From assembly GCF_000012465.1 (NCBI RefSeq), contig NC_007335.2:1170001-1202000 (forward strand): 32,000 bases of DNA, given 5' to 3'. Each line of letters starts with the position of its first letter. Position 1 is the stretch's first letter. Shown one piece after another: positions 9,354-19,646 of this stretch. Under the pieces are notes generated by a model. It saw only the letters and a list, made by a program, of their open reading frames with translations, was not told where the DNA came from and made no database searches. The stretch is from Prochlorococcus marinus str. NATL2A (GTDB taxonomy: Bacteria; Cyanobacteriota; Cyanobacteriia; PCC-6307; Cyanobiaceae). The position numbers were made by a program, and so were the translations under genes.

Positions 9354-11453
9354 GTGAGAAACTCTTTGGCTAAATTACCCAGTCCACAAAAAATTTGGAG
9401 GATATGGTTAGGGAGTCAATCTCCCAGACGTCCAATACTTCGCTGGTCAGCCACTGACAAGTTAGGTCTACTAATGGTCTGTCTATTAGTAGCAATATTT
9501 TCAAGTTATAAGTTACTTGCTGTTCCGGATCTCAAACCTGGAGATATTTCTCAAGTCAATGTAATAGCCCCTAGAGATGCAAAGGTAATAGACACAACGG
9601 ATTTAAAAGAAAAGAAACAAGACTTAAAAGAAAGTTTTGTACAATCAATAGACAAGAATAAATCAAGTGATTTAGAAAAGACTGTCTCCAAGAAAATCAA
9701 TATACTTCATACAAAAAAATACAACAATTTTGGAATCGATTTCAATGAATTCAACATAACAAAGCCAGAGAAAGATTGGATATTAAATGTTAAAGATAAT
9801 GAATGGGAAGAATGGAAAGAAGAGATCAAAAATGTTTCAAAAAAAATGCTTTCTCAGGGAATTATTAATACACTTGCACTTGATCAACTTAATGAAGCCT
9901 CTTCACTTCAATTAATAGATTTAGGTGAGAAAGATTCTCCAAATAGAACATTAGGTGCAAAAATATTATCAAGTAGTTTTCATCAAAAAAGTAATTTAAA
10001 AGTTGATAAACTAAAAACTAATATATTAATCGAAAATCTAATCAATCAAGAAGGTATAAACACAATAAATGTTAAAGAAGGCAGTATAATATCAAGAAAA
10101 GGTAAGCCAATAACTTCACAAGAGTTTGATATCCTAGAACATTTTAATAAAGTAAGTCGAAGTCCTAGGCCCTTAAAGTGGTTAATTACTTTCTCAGAAT
10201 CCATGGGAAGTTGTGGATTACTTCTTATGATTATGAGAAGAGAAAAGCCTAGACTTCAGGCTAGGCATGGATTACTATCCTTAACTTTATTACTTGTAGT
10301 TCAACTAACAAAAGATTGGCTTGGGCCTATAGCAAGTCCAATGCAATTAATATTACCTCCCACTTTGCTTCTTTCTCAAGGGATAGGCACAATAACATCA
10401 TTGGCTTGGATGGCTGCTGCTAGTCTGATTTGGCCATCATCTCTTGGTGAATCAAGTGAAGTCAGACTAATAATTGCTTGTATCGCTGGTTCATTTATTG
10501 CATTTTTAGGCAGAAGGATGAGAAGCCGAGCACAGGTTCTTCAAATAGCTGTATTTATTCCTTTTGGGGCATTATTAGGGCAATGGTTTATTCTTAATCA
10601 GGTAATTAAAGAAAATAATATAGAATTTAACAATCTATCTATTGATCCTAATTCTCTTTTTAATGAGACCATTATTATTAGTTCAATATTAATGGTAACA
10701 ATATTAATTATTCCTATTCTAGAAAATACATTTGGATTACTTACTAGAGCAAGATTAATGGAACTTGCTGATCAAGAACGTCCTTTACTTCGCAGATTAT
10801 CTAGAGAAGCTCCAGGGACGTTTGAACATACTTTAACAATTTTGAGCCTTGCCGAGGAAGGAGCAAGAGTCATTGGAGCTGATGTTGACTTAATAAGAAC
10901 TGGGGCTCTCTACCATGATGTAGGGAAATTGCATGCTCCAAATTGGTTTATTGAAAATCAGAAAGATGGAATAAACCCACACGATGAAATAAAAAACCCA
11001 TATAAAAGTGCCGATATTCTTCAAGCCCATGTCGATGAAGGATTGAAGCTTGCGAGGAAATATCGACTTCCATCTCCTATTGCTGATTTCATCCCAGAGC
11101 ATCAAGGTACTTTAAAGATGGGATATTTTCTTCATAAAGCTAGAGAAAGTGATCCTTCTGCTTCTGATAAACGTTTTAGATATAAAGGCCCTATTCCTCA
11201 TTCCAAAGAAACTGGAATACTCATGCTTGCAGATGGATGCGAAGCAGCATTAAGAGCTCTTGACTCTTCTTCTTCAGATAAAGATGCATGCAAAACAGTT
11301 AGAAAGATCATCCAATCTCGTCAGGTTGACGGTCAATTAGAAGAAAGTAGTTTAACGAGAGCAGAAATAGAAATAATTCTTAGAGCTTTTGTCTCTGTAT
11401 GGAGGAGAATGCGTCACAGACGCTTAAAATACCCAAGCTTCAATCCAAGGTGA
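9354..11453 (+). CDS. 7TM-receptor-type HD-domain phosphohydrolase (PgpH-like)
   Basis: N-terminal TM segment, a long Lys/Asn-rich extracytoplasmic region, a polytopic membrane block (aa ~280-470), then a C-terminal HD domain (ALYHDVGKL, PEHQGT, LADGCEAA). GTG start is uncertain. Confidence 0.8.
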   Translation: MRNSLAKLPSPQKIWRIWLGSQSPRRPILRWSATDKLGLLMVCLLVAIFSSYKLLAVPDLKPGDISQVNVIAPRDAKVIDTTDLKEKKQDLKESFVQSIDKNKSSDLEKTVSKKINILHTKKYNNFGIDFNEFNITKPEKDWILNVKDNEWEEWKEEIKNVSKKMLSQGIINTLALDQLNEASSLQLIDLGEKDSPNRTLGAKILSSSFHQKSNLKVDKLKTNILIENLINQEGINTINVKEGSIISRKGKPITSQEFDILEHFNKVSRSPRPLKWLITFSESMGSCGLLLMIMRREKPRLQARHGLLSLTLLLVVQLTKDWLGPIASPMQLILPPTLLLSQGIGTITSLAWMAAASLIWPSSLGESSEVRLIIACIAGSFIAFLGRRMRSRAQVLQIAVFIPFGALLGQWFILNQVIKENNIEFNNLSIDPNSLFNETIIISSILMVTILIIPILENTFGLLTRARLMELADQERPLLRRLSREAPGTFEHTLTILSLAEEGARVIGADVDLIRTGALYHDVGKLHAPNWFIENQKDGINPHDEIKNPYKSADILQAHVDEGLKLARKYRLPSPIADFIPEHQGTLKMGYFLHKARESDPSASDKRFRYKGPIPHSKETGILMLADGCEAALRALDSSSSDKDACKTVRKIIQSRQVDGQLEESSLTRAEIEIILRAFVSVWRRMRHRRLKYPSFNPR

Positions 11454-11487
11454 TAATCAAAAGACTTTTTGAAATCTTTAATATGAG

Positions 11488-11865
11488 TTAGAGCCTTATT
11501 CTTCTATGTCCTCTTCTACACCAGTAGATCAGAGCTAATAAATTAAGCAGAGAGATTAGTAATGTCAAACCACTTATTCCAAAAATATCATTAACTTTAA
11601 TTAGTCTGATTATTCCATAAGGCAAAGTTCCTGAAAGAGTCATTGACAAAGCAACTATTGATAAAATTACCCCCCATCCTCTTTGAGCAAATAGACCTGC
11701 TGAAGCAACAATTCCAGTTACGGCAGCTGGCCAAGCAAGACTAATAGCAAGAGTGATATTGGCTGTTTGAAGGGGAGGTCCTGATCCAACTACTAAAGCA
11801 ATAAAAGGAATCGCAAGTATATTTGAGATCAAACCAAACCAAGTAAGCGTCCAGTAGCCGCGCAT
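11488..11865 (-). CDS. Small integral membrane protein, about 4 TM helices, unknown function
   Basis: 125-aa ORF with four hydrophobic stretches and a basic C-terminus (RRGHRRIRL). Same strand as leuA and the 79-aa ORF. I recognise no motif. Confidence 0.5.
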   Translation of the reverse strand: MRGYWTLTWFGLISNILAIPFIALVVGSGPPLQTANITLAISLAWPAAVTGIVASAGLFAQRGWGVILSIVALSMTLSGTLPYGIIRLIKVNDIFGISGLTLLISLLNLLALIYWCRRGHRRIRL

Positions 11866-11930
11866 TCCTTAATCCCCTTAAAAAACTATTCTCTTAAAAA
11901 AAATCATAAAAATGATATTAATAATTTAAT

Positions 11931-12170
11931 TTACGCGAGAGAAGGTTGCAAACAATTAGCTGGATAGCAAACGGTTCTCCATGTACCATTTCCTGCAAGA
12001 ACTTGTACACCAATACCTCTATCTTTGATAGTGCAACTCAACCCTTGTCCAGTGCACCAAATTTTTGCGGCTTTAAGTGCTGCATCAATAGTTTCATATG
12101 GCGCATCAAGGACGTGATGAGGTGATCCATCTAATCGAGTAAGTCGGTAAAGATTTCTTTTTAAAGCCAT
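11931..12170 (-). CDS. Small conserved-looking hypothetical protein (79 aa, 4 Cys)
   Basis: ATG-initiated ORF filling an otherwise empty spacer. Non-repetitive composition with four Cys (WCTG, SCTI, VCYP, NCLQ). I recognise no family. Confidence 0.45.
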   Translation of the reverse strand: MALKRNLYRLTRLDGSPHHVLDAPYETIDAALKAAKIWCTGQGLSCTIKDRGIGVQVLAGNGTWRTVCYPANCLQPSLA

Positions 12171-12292
12171 TTATGTGCGCCTATCTAATTGTCACATCAC
12201 ATATTAATCATTGATTCATAGATTAGTGCAATTTAACTTAAAAAAATTTACGGAAAGCTTTTAAAGATAGTTAATGAAAGCTAACTAGGTTA

Positions 12293-13912
12293 TCAAATCC
12301 CTTTTTTTTCTACCTTAGCCAAATCATGTTGTGGATGAATGGATTTCCTTCCATGAGCAGCTACTAATCTATTAAGGGCATTTATGTATGCTTGAGCAGC
12401 GGCAACAACAACGTCAGTATCTGCAGAATGGCCAGAAAAGAGATTTCCATCTCTTCTTATTCTAATAGTAACTTCACCCAGAGCATCTATCCCCTCTGTA
12501 ACTGACTTTACTGAGAATTCAATCAATTCATTAGGTTCTTCAGTTAGGGAATCCAATGCTCGGACTACTGCATCAACAGGACCTGTTCCAAGAGAGACGG
12601 CGGTCTTCTCCTCTCCATCTTCTCCAACAACAGTTACTGTTGCAGTTGGCATTAGAGAAGTTCCACAGCTTACTTGGACCAATTTCAATTGGAACAATGC
12701 TTCTGGAAGCTGAACTTGTTCACTAACAATGGCCTCTAGATCACGATCTGTTATCTCTCTTTTTCTATCGGCTAAATCTTTAAATCTAGCGAAAGCGTCA
12801 TTAAGATCTTCTCTGTTTAAATCATATCCAAGGTCCTCTAGTCTTGCTCGAACAGCACTCCTACCACTTAATTTCCCCAAAGAAATCTTATTGTCAGACA
12901 ACCCTACTGTTTTTGCATCGATAATTTCATATGTAAGCCTATTTTTCAATACTCCATCTTGGTGTATTCCAGATTCATGCGCAAAAGCGTTTGCCCCAAC
13001 AATTGCTTTGTTCGGTTGTACGACCATCCCAGTCAAATTTGAAACCAAGCGAGAAGACTTAGTTATCTCCTCTGTTCTAACTGCTGTCAAAGGAGTAGGG
13101 GATTCAGGAGGCCTACCAAAAAACGGATTAAAATATGATCTTCTTACATGAAGCGCCATAATTAATTCTTCTAAAGCAGCATTACCTGCTCTCTCTCCTA
13201 TTCCATTAATGGTGCATTCAAGTTGTCTCGCTCCATTCTTTACAGCTTCAAGGAAGTTTGCAACAGCAAGTCCTAAGTCGTTGTGACCATGAACTGAAAG
13301 AACTGCCTCATTGATATTTGGAACATTTTTGTTGATATTTAATATCAAATCTCCAAATTCAGAAGGGGTTATATAACCAACTGTATCTGGAATATTTATT
13401 GTATTAGCCCCTGAGGATATGGCTAGTTCTATTACTTCATACAGAAAATCTAAATCACTTCTTGCGGCATCTTCACAGGAAAATTCAACGTCATCTACAA
13501 AACTTTTAGCATAGCCAACCATATCTGGAACGATATCAAGTACTTCTTTTCTGGATTTCCTTAATTTATGTTCAAGATGAATATCACTGGTTGCAATGAA
13601 GGTATGAATCCTTTTTTTTGGGGCTGGAGCAATCGCATTGGCACAAGCTTTGATATCAGGTTTTGAGGCTCTTGAAAGTCCGCAAATGATAGGTCCTTCT
13701 TCGCCTCCTACATTCTCAGCTATTTTCTGAACTGCAGCGAAATCCCCAGGACTAGCGAAAGGGAATCCTGCCTCAATTACATCAACTCCTAATCTTGCTA
13801 ATTGTTGAGCAATAGCTAACTTTTCTTCTAAATTAAGACTAGCTCCAGGAGATTGCTCTCCATCTCTTAAGGTGGTGTCAAAAATTAAAACTCGGCCCGG
13901 ATCTTTGGCCAT
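12293..13912 (-). CDS. leuA: 2-isopropylmalate synthase
   Basis: Motifs [35 protein letters not shown], plus a C-terminal LeuA allosteric/dimerisation domain. 539 aa. Confidence 0.95.
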   Translation of the reverse strand: MAKDPGRVLIFDTTLRDGEQSPGASLNLEEKLAIAQQLARLGVDVIEAGFPFASPGDFAAVQKIAENVGGEEGPIICGLSRASKPDIKACANAIAPAPKKRIHTFIATSDIHLEHKLRKSRKEVLDIVPDMVGYAKSFVDDVEFSCEDAARSDLDFLYEVIELAISSGANTINIPDTVGYITPSEFGDLILNINKNVPNINEAVLSVHGHNDLGLAVANFLEAVKNGARQLECTINGIGERAGNAALEELIMALHVRRSYFNPFFGRPPESPTPLTAVRTEEITKSSRLVSNLTGMVVQPNKAIVGANAFAHESGIHQDGVLKNRLTYEIIDAKTVGLSDNKISLGKLSGRSAVRARLEDLGYDLNREDLNDAFARFKDLADRKREITDRDLEAIVSEQVQLPEALFQLKLVQVSCGTSLMPTATVTVVGEDGEEKTAVSLGTGPVDAVVRALDSLTEEPNELIEFSVKSVTEGIDALGEVTIRIRRDGNLFSGHSADTDVVVAAAQAYINALNRLVAAHGRKSIHPQHDLAKVEKKGI

Positions 13913-14106
13913 AGCATGAAATATATAAAGATAATCAGACCAGTTTAAGATCTATATGAATTGAGTTAATTGTAGTATATTTATTTTAATTATCTACAAA
14001 TACTATTAGATTTCTAATTATTTAGTTAATCTTTGATAATTTTAGAATAACAAAATTGTTAATTAAATATAAAATTCAAATAAAATTCTCAGTTAATACT
14101 CTAATT

Positions 14107-14151
14107 CAAGTATCTAATTTTACTTGTTTTAAACTATAACTTATATAACTT
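14107..14151 (+). promoter_or_regulatory. Candidate NtcA-type operator and -10 element upstream of the GH57 gene
   Basis: Perfect palindrome CAAGTA-N8-TACTTG at 14107-14126 contains the GTA-N8-TAC core. TAACTT (TAN3T) at 14146-14151 starts exactly 22 nt after TAC. Confidence 0.3.
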
Positions 14152-14224
14152 AAAGTTCTTCTTTTCTTGTGCTGTTGAAGAGTATAAGTATTCAAGAATC
14201 AAATCCAACAATCTGGGAGTTTTA

Positions 14225-15790
14225 ATGACTAAAGGCAATCTCGCCATAGTCCTGCATGCCCATCTACCTTACGTGAGAGCAGAAGAACCTGGTTCATTGG
14301 AGGAAGACTGGTTCTTTCAAGCTTTAGCGGAATGTTATTTACCACTTTTAGAAACACTTGAAAATGCCTCTAGATCAAAAGATCAAGCACCAAAAATCAC
14401 AATAGGATTATCTCCTACTTTGCTTTCGCTTTTGGGAGATGAAGTTTTAAAAAATCGATTTGAAGAATGGGTGACTATTAGATTAGAAGTTCTTAATACA
14501 TTAGATACAGACTGCGTAAAAGCAGTCCTACATCTTAAAGGCCACTTAAAACGCCAACTAGAAAGCTGGAAGATTTGTCAAGGAGACCTAATAGGAAGAT
14601 TTAAAACATTACAAACATTGGAGGTGATTGATATTCTTACTTGTGCAGCCACTCATGGATATCTTCCTCTTTTAAGAGAAAATCCTGAGGCTGTAAGGGC
14701 TCAATTAAAAACAGCAGTAACTGAACATAAGCGTCTTTTCATGAGCGCGCCATTGGGTATTTGGTTGCCTGAATGTGCCTATTATGAAGGCTTGGATGAA
14801 TTAATGGCTGAATCAGGATTGAGATATGCAGTCCTTGATGGTCATGGCTTGTTGAATGCAGATCCAAGGCCAAGATATGGTCTGTATGCTCCTATTTGTA
14901 CAAGAAAGGGAGTAGCTTTTTTTGGCAGAGATAGTGAATCAACTCTTCCAGTATGGTCAGCAAGGGACGGCTATCCTGGCAATCCAAGCTACAGAGAATT
15001 TCATAGGGACTTGGGCTGGGATTTATCAATAGAGAACCTAAAAAAGATAGGAATTAATGGGAAAAGGCCCTTAGGAATCAAATTATTTAAGATTACCTCT
15101 CAAAATACATCTTTAGAAAATAAACAAGAGTATGACCCAGAGGTGGCAAATGAGAGTGTTGAAAAAGATGCAGATAATTATTTAAAGGAAAGGAAAAAAC
15201 AACTTATAAAGCTTGAAAAATCAATGCAAATAGAGCCATTATTAATCGCTCCTTTTGATGCAGAACTTTTTGGTCATTGGTGGTTTGAAGGCCCGAAATT
15301 CCTATCCCATTTATTTATCAAATCAAAAAAAGAGGGTATTAAATTAATTACTTTAAAAGAGTCTCTTAAATTGACACCCAAAATCCAATTATGCAATCCT
15401 TCTCCATCTAGTTGGGGACAAGGTGGTTTTCATAATTATTGGTTAAACAAATCAAATGCATGGATTGTTAATGAATGGAGCAAAGCTGGAAGAGCAATGG
15501 TAACTATTTGTTCAGATAGTTTAATAAAAGAATCAAATATCAAAATTATTAATCAAGCTGGAAGAGAACTTTTACTATGTCAGTCTTCAGACTGGAGTTT
15601 CATTATTAAGGCAGGAACTACTACCGAGCTGGCAAGAGAAAGAATAAATTTGCATCTAAAAAGATTTTGGATGTTAATAAATACAATAAAAAATAATAAA
15701 CTTATCAATGAAAAGATTCTAGAGGAAATAGAAAAAGAGGATTGTCTATTTCCTTTAATTTCTTTTATTGATTGGGAAAAGAAAAGCTAA
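14225..15790 (+). CDS. Glycoside hydrolase family 57 protein (GH57 alpha-glucan branching-enzyme type)
   Basis: N-terminal HAHLPYVR, WLPECAY (nucleophile Glu region) and APFDAELFGHWWFEG (acid/base Asp region), which are canonical GH57 conserved regions. Confidence 0.85.
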   Translation: MTKGNLAIVLHAHLPYVRAEEPGSLEEDWFFQALAECYLPLLETLENASRSKDQAPKITIGLSPTLLSLLGDEVLKNRFEEWVTIRLEVLNTLDTDCVKAVLHLKGHLKRQLESWKICQGDLIGRFKTLQTLEVIDILTCAATHGYLPLLRENPEAVRAQLKTAVTEHKRLFMSAPLGIWLPECAYYEGLDELMAESGLRYAVLDGHGLLNADPRPRYGLYAPICTRKGVAFFGRDSESTLPVWSARDGYPGNPSYREFHRDLGWDLSIENLKKIGINGKRPLGIKLFKITSQNTSLENKQEYDPEVANESVEKDADNYLKERKKQLIKLEKSMQIEPLLIAPFDAELFGHWWFEGPKFLSHLFIKSKKEGIKLITLKESLKLTPKIQLCNPSPSSWGQGGFHNYWLNKSNAWIVNEWSKAGRAMVTICSDSLIKESNIKIINQAGRELLLCQSSDWSFIIKAGTTTELARERINLHLKRFWMLINTIKNNKLINEKILEEIEKEDCLFPLISFIDWEKKS

Positions 15791-17031
15791 ATTTTTTCAC
15801 GCTTGTTTATAAGTAAACCAGTCATTCCCAACCTGACCTTTGATGGGGCGATGTAAAATAGTTTGAGCATCACAATAAACAGTCTTGGCAAAGGAAGCGT
15901 ATTAGTTAAATATCCGAACCAATCTTTTTTGGGTAATTTAAAAAAAGTATCAAAAAAAGATCTTAATAAAGTTTCGTCAAAGCTCATTAGTCTTTGAAGT
16001 CCAAACTGATAAAGACGATGTCTTTGAACTAATTCATTTGTCCATAGGGTTTTCCATCCTCTTATAGCTATCTGAGATGTAGGCATAAGAGGTTCTTTTT
16101 TAATTACTTTTGCTATTTCACTTGCTAATGAGGGTGCTCTCCTTAAAAGGGATCCAACAAGATATCCCGAAGCAGGATGAACCATACTGGCCGAGCCACC
16201 AAAGGCCAAAAGGGGTTGATCTCTATAAGGCAATGGCAAGTTCATTGGAAAAAGACAATGTTCTTCATGGAAAATTTCGTCTATTTGAATACCTTTATTA
16301 GATAGTCGTAAATTTAATCTTGCTTTTAATGATTCAAATGAAATTGGAGGTGAACAAGCCAAAGATGTTTCTTCTACAAAATAACTACCATCTCCAAGGT
16401 CCATAGCATAAAGGAAAGAAGGTGGCTCCTCTAATTCATTGGCATTTAAATGGTCTGATCTAAAATCCATCAATACAAAACGATTTTTCTCTACAGGAGC
16501 AGAACTAAATTTCCCAACCACCCCATATGCCGCTTGCTTAGCGATTTGATCATGCTTAGGCCTCCTGATAAAAGGGGTTTTATAACCACTTGCATCAATA
16601 ACGAGCCTAGCAAAATATTTTTTTCCGGAAGTACAAATAACAACGGTCTCTCTTTCTCTAAAATCAATATTATCAACAGTTTCTAGTTGCCAAGAAAGTC
16701 CATTACATCTCTCAAGAAGAGCCTCCTGAAAATTAATTGAATTAAAGAGGCCGTAATCAAGATGATGATTTGTACAAATATTACCTTTTCCACCTAATCC
16801 ATCTCCAAAAAAGCTAACAGTATCTTCCCATCTATATTTCAATAGTTCTTGCATATTTAAAGACTCAAGTTCAGATGCCCAAATCCCATAAGTGTTTGGC
16901 CAAGGTTCTAAAGGAGACTTAGAAGCTATCGCCTGAACATCAAGTCCGTGTTGAACCAACTCAGCAGCGATGCATAGAGCAGCAGGTCCTGCTCCCATAA
17001 CTAATACATCAGCGACATTATTCAATTTCAA
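15787..17031 (-). CDS. crtL: CrtL-type lycopene cyclase (beta versus epsilon specificity not decidable from sequence alone)
   Basis: N-terminal FAD/NAD fold [18 protein letters not shown]. Also [21 protein letters not shown] and a C-terminal hydrophobic region typical of CrtL. TTG start forced by the position of the dinucleotide fold. Confidence 0.85.
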   Translation of the reverse strand: MKLNNVADVLVMGAGPAALCIAAELVQHGLDVQAIASKSPLEPWPNTYGIWASELESLNMQELLKYRWEDTVSFFGDGLGGKGNICTNHHLDYGLFNSINFQEALLERCNGLSWQLETVDNIDFRERETVVICTSGKKYFARLVIDASGYKTPFIRRPKHDQIAKQAAYGVVGKFSSAPVEKNRFVLMDFRSDHLNANELEEPPSFLYAMDLGDGSYFVEETSLACSPPISFESLKARLNLRLSNKGIQIDEIFHEEHCLFPMNLPLPYRDQPLLAFGGSASMVHPASGYLVGSLLRRAPSLASEIAKVIKKEPLMPTSQIAIRGWKTLWTNELVQRHRLYQFGLQRLMSFDETLLRSFFDTFFKLPKKDWFGYLTNTLPLPRLFIVMLKLFYIAPSKVRLGMTGLLINKREKI

Positions 17032-19646
17032 TTTTTTGACGTTGGATCAGTATTTATTGATTCCTTAGTTGATGATGATTGATTCTCATCATCATCATTA
17101 ATTTGCTCTGGGGGAACTAAAACAACCTCCGATAACTTATCGCCATTATCAAGCTTTTGAATTCTTACGCCGGTTGCAGCTCTGGATTGTTGAGAGATTT
17201 TATCTGCGCTAGTTCTAACAATTACTCCTCTTTCACTAACTAATAATAATTCTTCTCCTTTACCCAGAACCCTTAAACCTACAAGTTCATCTCCATCTTT
17301 CCTGAATTTTATAGCTCTTAACCCCATTCCGGCTCTTTTTTGCAAGCGAAATTGTGTCATAGGAACTCTTTTCCCTAGTCCGCTTGCAGAGGCAACAAGT
17401 ACCCAAGGACCTTCAGATTCTGATGATTCACTATGTAGTTCATCTTCTTCACTTTTATCAACATGATCAGCCAACTCAGTAGACAAAACATCCATACTTA
17501 CAAGTGAATCTCCAGACTTAAGATTCATTGACTTGACCCCTCTTGCTGATCTTCCTAAAGGGCGTAATTCAGAATCATTTAATCTAAAATGTATTGTCAT
17601 TCCATTTTTGGAACCAATCAAAACACTATCTCCAGACTCAGCCAGTCGAACCCAAGTCAAAGCATCACCATCCTCTAAACCTATAGCAATTAGGCCATTT
17701 GCTCTGATCTTGCTAAAAGCTGAAAGAGGTGTCCTTTTTATATACCCCCCTCTAGTAAGCATCAATAAATAGTTTTCATCATCAAAAGAACTCACAGAAA
17801 GCAATGAAGTAATAGCTTCTTCACGCGGAATTGGAAGCAATTGAACAATAGGTGTCCCTTTTGCAGTTCTACTACATTGAGGAACTCTGTAAGCAGGAAG
17901 AGCATAAGAAATACCTCTATCACTAAAAAGGAGAAGGCTGTCATGGTCATTACAACTAATAAATTTTTTCACCTCTTCCTCTCCTTGGCTTCGCGTTCCT
18001 GCTTTACCTCTAGTACCTCGACTTGTTGCTTCAAATTCATTAACAGGCATCCTCTTTAAATATCCTGTCTCGGTCAACAAAACAACTGATCTTTCATTCG
18101 CAATTAAATCAATATCCTCAAGGCCTCCGCCAAGATCGAGAATCTCTGTTCTTCTTTGGGTATTATATTTTTCTTTTATTTCATTTAATTCTATTTTTGT
18201 TATTTCAAATACCCTTTCTTTCTTATTCAAAATATCTTTTAAATCTGTTATTTTTTTAACTAAATCCTCATGTTCAAGTCTTATCTTATCTGCCTCTAAA
18301 GCGGTCAGTCTTCGTAACTGCATCTGCAAAATAGCATCAGACTGAATATCTGTTAAGCCATGAAGTTCTTGTAATTTATTTTTTGCTGTAGTCGAATCTG
18401 ATGCTGATCTGATAAGACTAATTATTTCATCTAGCTGATCTAAAGCTAATAATAATCCTAATAATATATGATCTCTACTCTCCGCCTTCTTTAAAAGATA
18501 TTTTGTTCTTTTCTCAATAGTTTCTACTCTAAAATCTAAAAATACCTGCAACATCTTTCTAAGTGACAATATAACAGGCTCACCATTAACTAATGCAAGC
18601 ATATTTGCACTAAAATTAGTCTGTAAAGGAGTAAGTTTAAATAAATTATTTAAAACAACCTGAGGATATGAATCTCTTCTTAATTCAACAACAATTCTCA
18701 TACCATCTCTATCACTTTCATCTCTAATGTCTGCAATACCTTCAAGTTTTTTATCGTTCACCATATCAGCGATTCTTTCAATTAATCCTGCTTTATTTGT
18801 TTGATAAGGAAGTTCAGTAATTATCACTGCGTCCCTATCAGGTCTCCCTGGATTTTCAATTGTTTCTATTTCAGCCACTCCACGCATAGTGATTGAACCT
18901 CTCCCAGAAAGATATGTTTCCTTAATTCCACTCCTGCCAAGGATCTGACCACCGGTCGGAAAATCTGGACCTTTAATTATATTCATCAAATCTATTTCTT
19001 CTAACTCAGGATTAGAAATTAAAGCCATCAATCCATCAATCAATTCGACCAAATTATGTGGAGGTATGTTAGTTGCCATACCTACAGCTATTCCAGAAGA
19101 ACCATTTAAAAGCAATTGTGGAATTCTTGCCGGTAATACTGTTGGTTCTTGTACTGATCCATCAAAGTTATCGGCGAAATCAACTGTTTCAGATTCAATA
19201 TCTTCAAGCAAGCTGTCTGTAGTCAAAGATTGTAATCTGGATTCTGTATATCTCATTGCGGCAGGAGGATCATTATCAACAGATCCAAAATTCCCATGCC
19301 CATCTATTAAAGGCATCTGCATGGAAAAATCTTGCGCCATTCGGACCAAGGCGTCATAAACGGCGGTATCACCATGAGGATGGAATTTACCTAAAACTTC
19401 TCCAACCACACGTGCGCATTTCCGGTAAGGTCTATCGCTAGTAAGTCCAAGTTCATACATCGCATAGAGAATCCTTCTGTGAACTGGTTTAAGTCCATCT
19501 CTTGAATCAGGTAAAGCTCTCCCAACAATCACACTCATCGCGTATTCCAAATAGGAACGCGACATTTCGTTTCTTAAGTCTGTCTGAATGATCCGATCGT
19601 CGGATTCCCCAGGACCAGTACTATTAGGTCCCAATGGATCAGCCAT
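17028..19646 (-). CDS. gyrA: DNA gyrase subunit A
   Basis: Motifs [14 protein letters not shown] (QRDR), [10 protein letters not shown] (catalytic Tyr), and a C-terminal beta-pinwheel repeat region. The track starts at TTG 19664; I prefer ATG 19646 (MADPLGPN...). Confidence 0.93.
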   Translation of the reverse strand: MADPLGPNSTGPGESDDRIIQTDLRNEMSRSYLEYAMSVIVGRALPDSRDGLKPVHRRILYAMYELGLTSDRPYRKCARVVGEVLGKFHPHGDTAVYDALVRMAQDFSMQMPLIDGHGNFGSVDNDPPAAMRYTESRLQSLTTDSLLEDIESETVDFADNFDGSVQEPTVLPARIPQLLLNGSSGIAVGMATNIPPHNLVELIDGLMALISNPELEEIDLMNIIKGPDFPTGGQILGRSGIKETYLSGRGSITMRGVAEIETIENPGRPDRDAVIITELPYQTNKAGLIERIADMVNDKKLEGIADIRDESDRDGMRIVVELRRDSYPQVVLNNLFKLTPLQTNFSANMLALVNGEPVILSLRKMLQVFLDFRVETIEKRTKYLLKKAESRDHILLGLLLALDQLDEIISLIRSASDSTTAKNKLQELHGLTDIQSDAILQMQLRRLTALEADKIRLEHEDLVKKITDLKDILNKKERVFEITKIELNEIKEKYNTQRRTEILDLGGGLEDIDLIANERSVVLLTETGYLKRMPVNEFEATSRGTRGKAGTRSQGEEEVKKFISCNDHDSLLLFSDRGISYALPAYRVPQCSRTAKGTPIVQLLPIPREEAITSLLSVSSFDDENYLLMLTRGGYIKRTPLSAFSKIRANGLIAIGLEDGDALTWVRLAESGDSVLIGSKNGMTIHFRLNDSELRPLGRSARGVKSMNLKSGDSLVSMDVLSTELADHVDKSEEDELHSESSESEGPWVLVASASGLGKRVPMTQFRLQKRAGMGLRAIKFRKDGDELVGLRVLGKGEELLLVSERGVIVRTSADKISQQSRAATGVRIQKLDNGDKLSEVVLVPPEQINDDDENQSSSTKESINTDPTSKN

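Noticed and set aside
12268-12287. TAGTTA-N8-TAACTA inverted repeat just downstream of the leuA stop
   Set aside because: The stem is all A/T-rich and only 6 bp, with no adjacent U-run on the leuA strand. It is too weak to call a terminator, and it has no known operator consensus.
12729-13151. 140-aa plus-strand ORF antisense to leuA
   Set aside because: This is a shadow ORF inside a gene with unmistakable LeuA motifs. It has a Ser/Leu-rich low-complexity translation typical of the antisense frame of an AT-rich gene, and no motif or independent start context.
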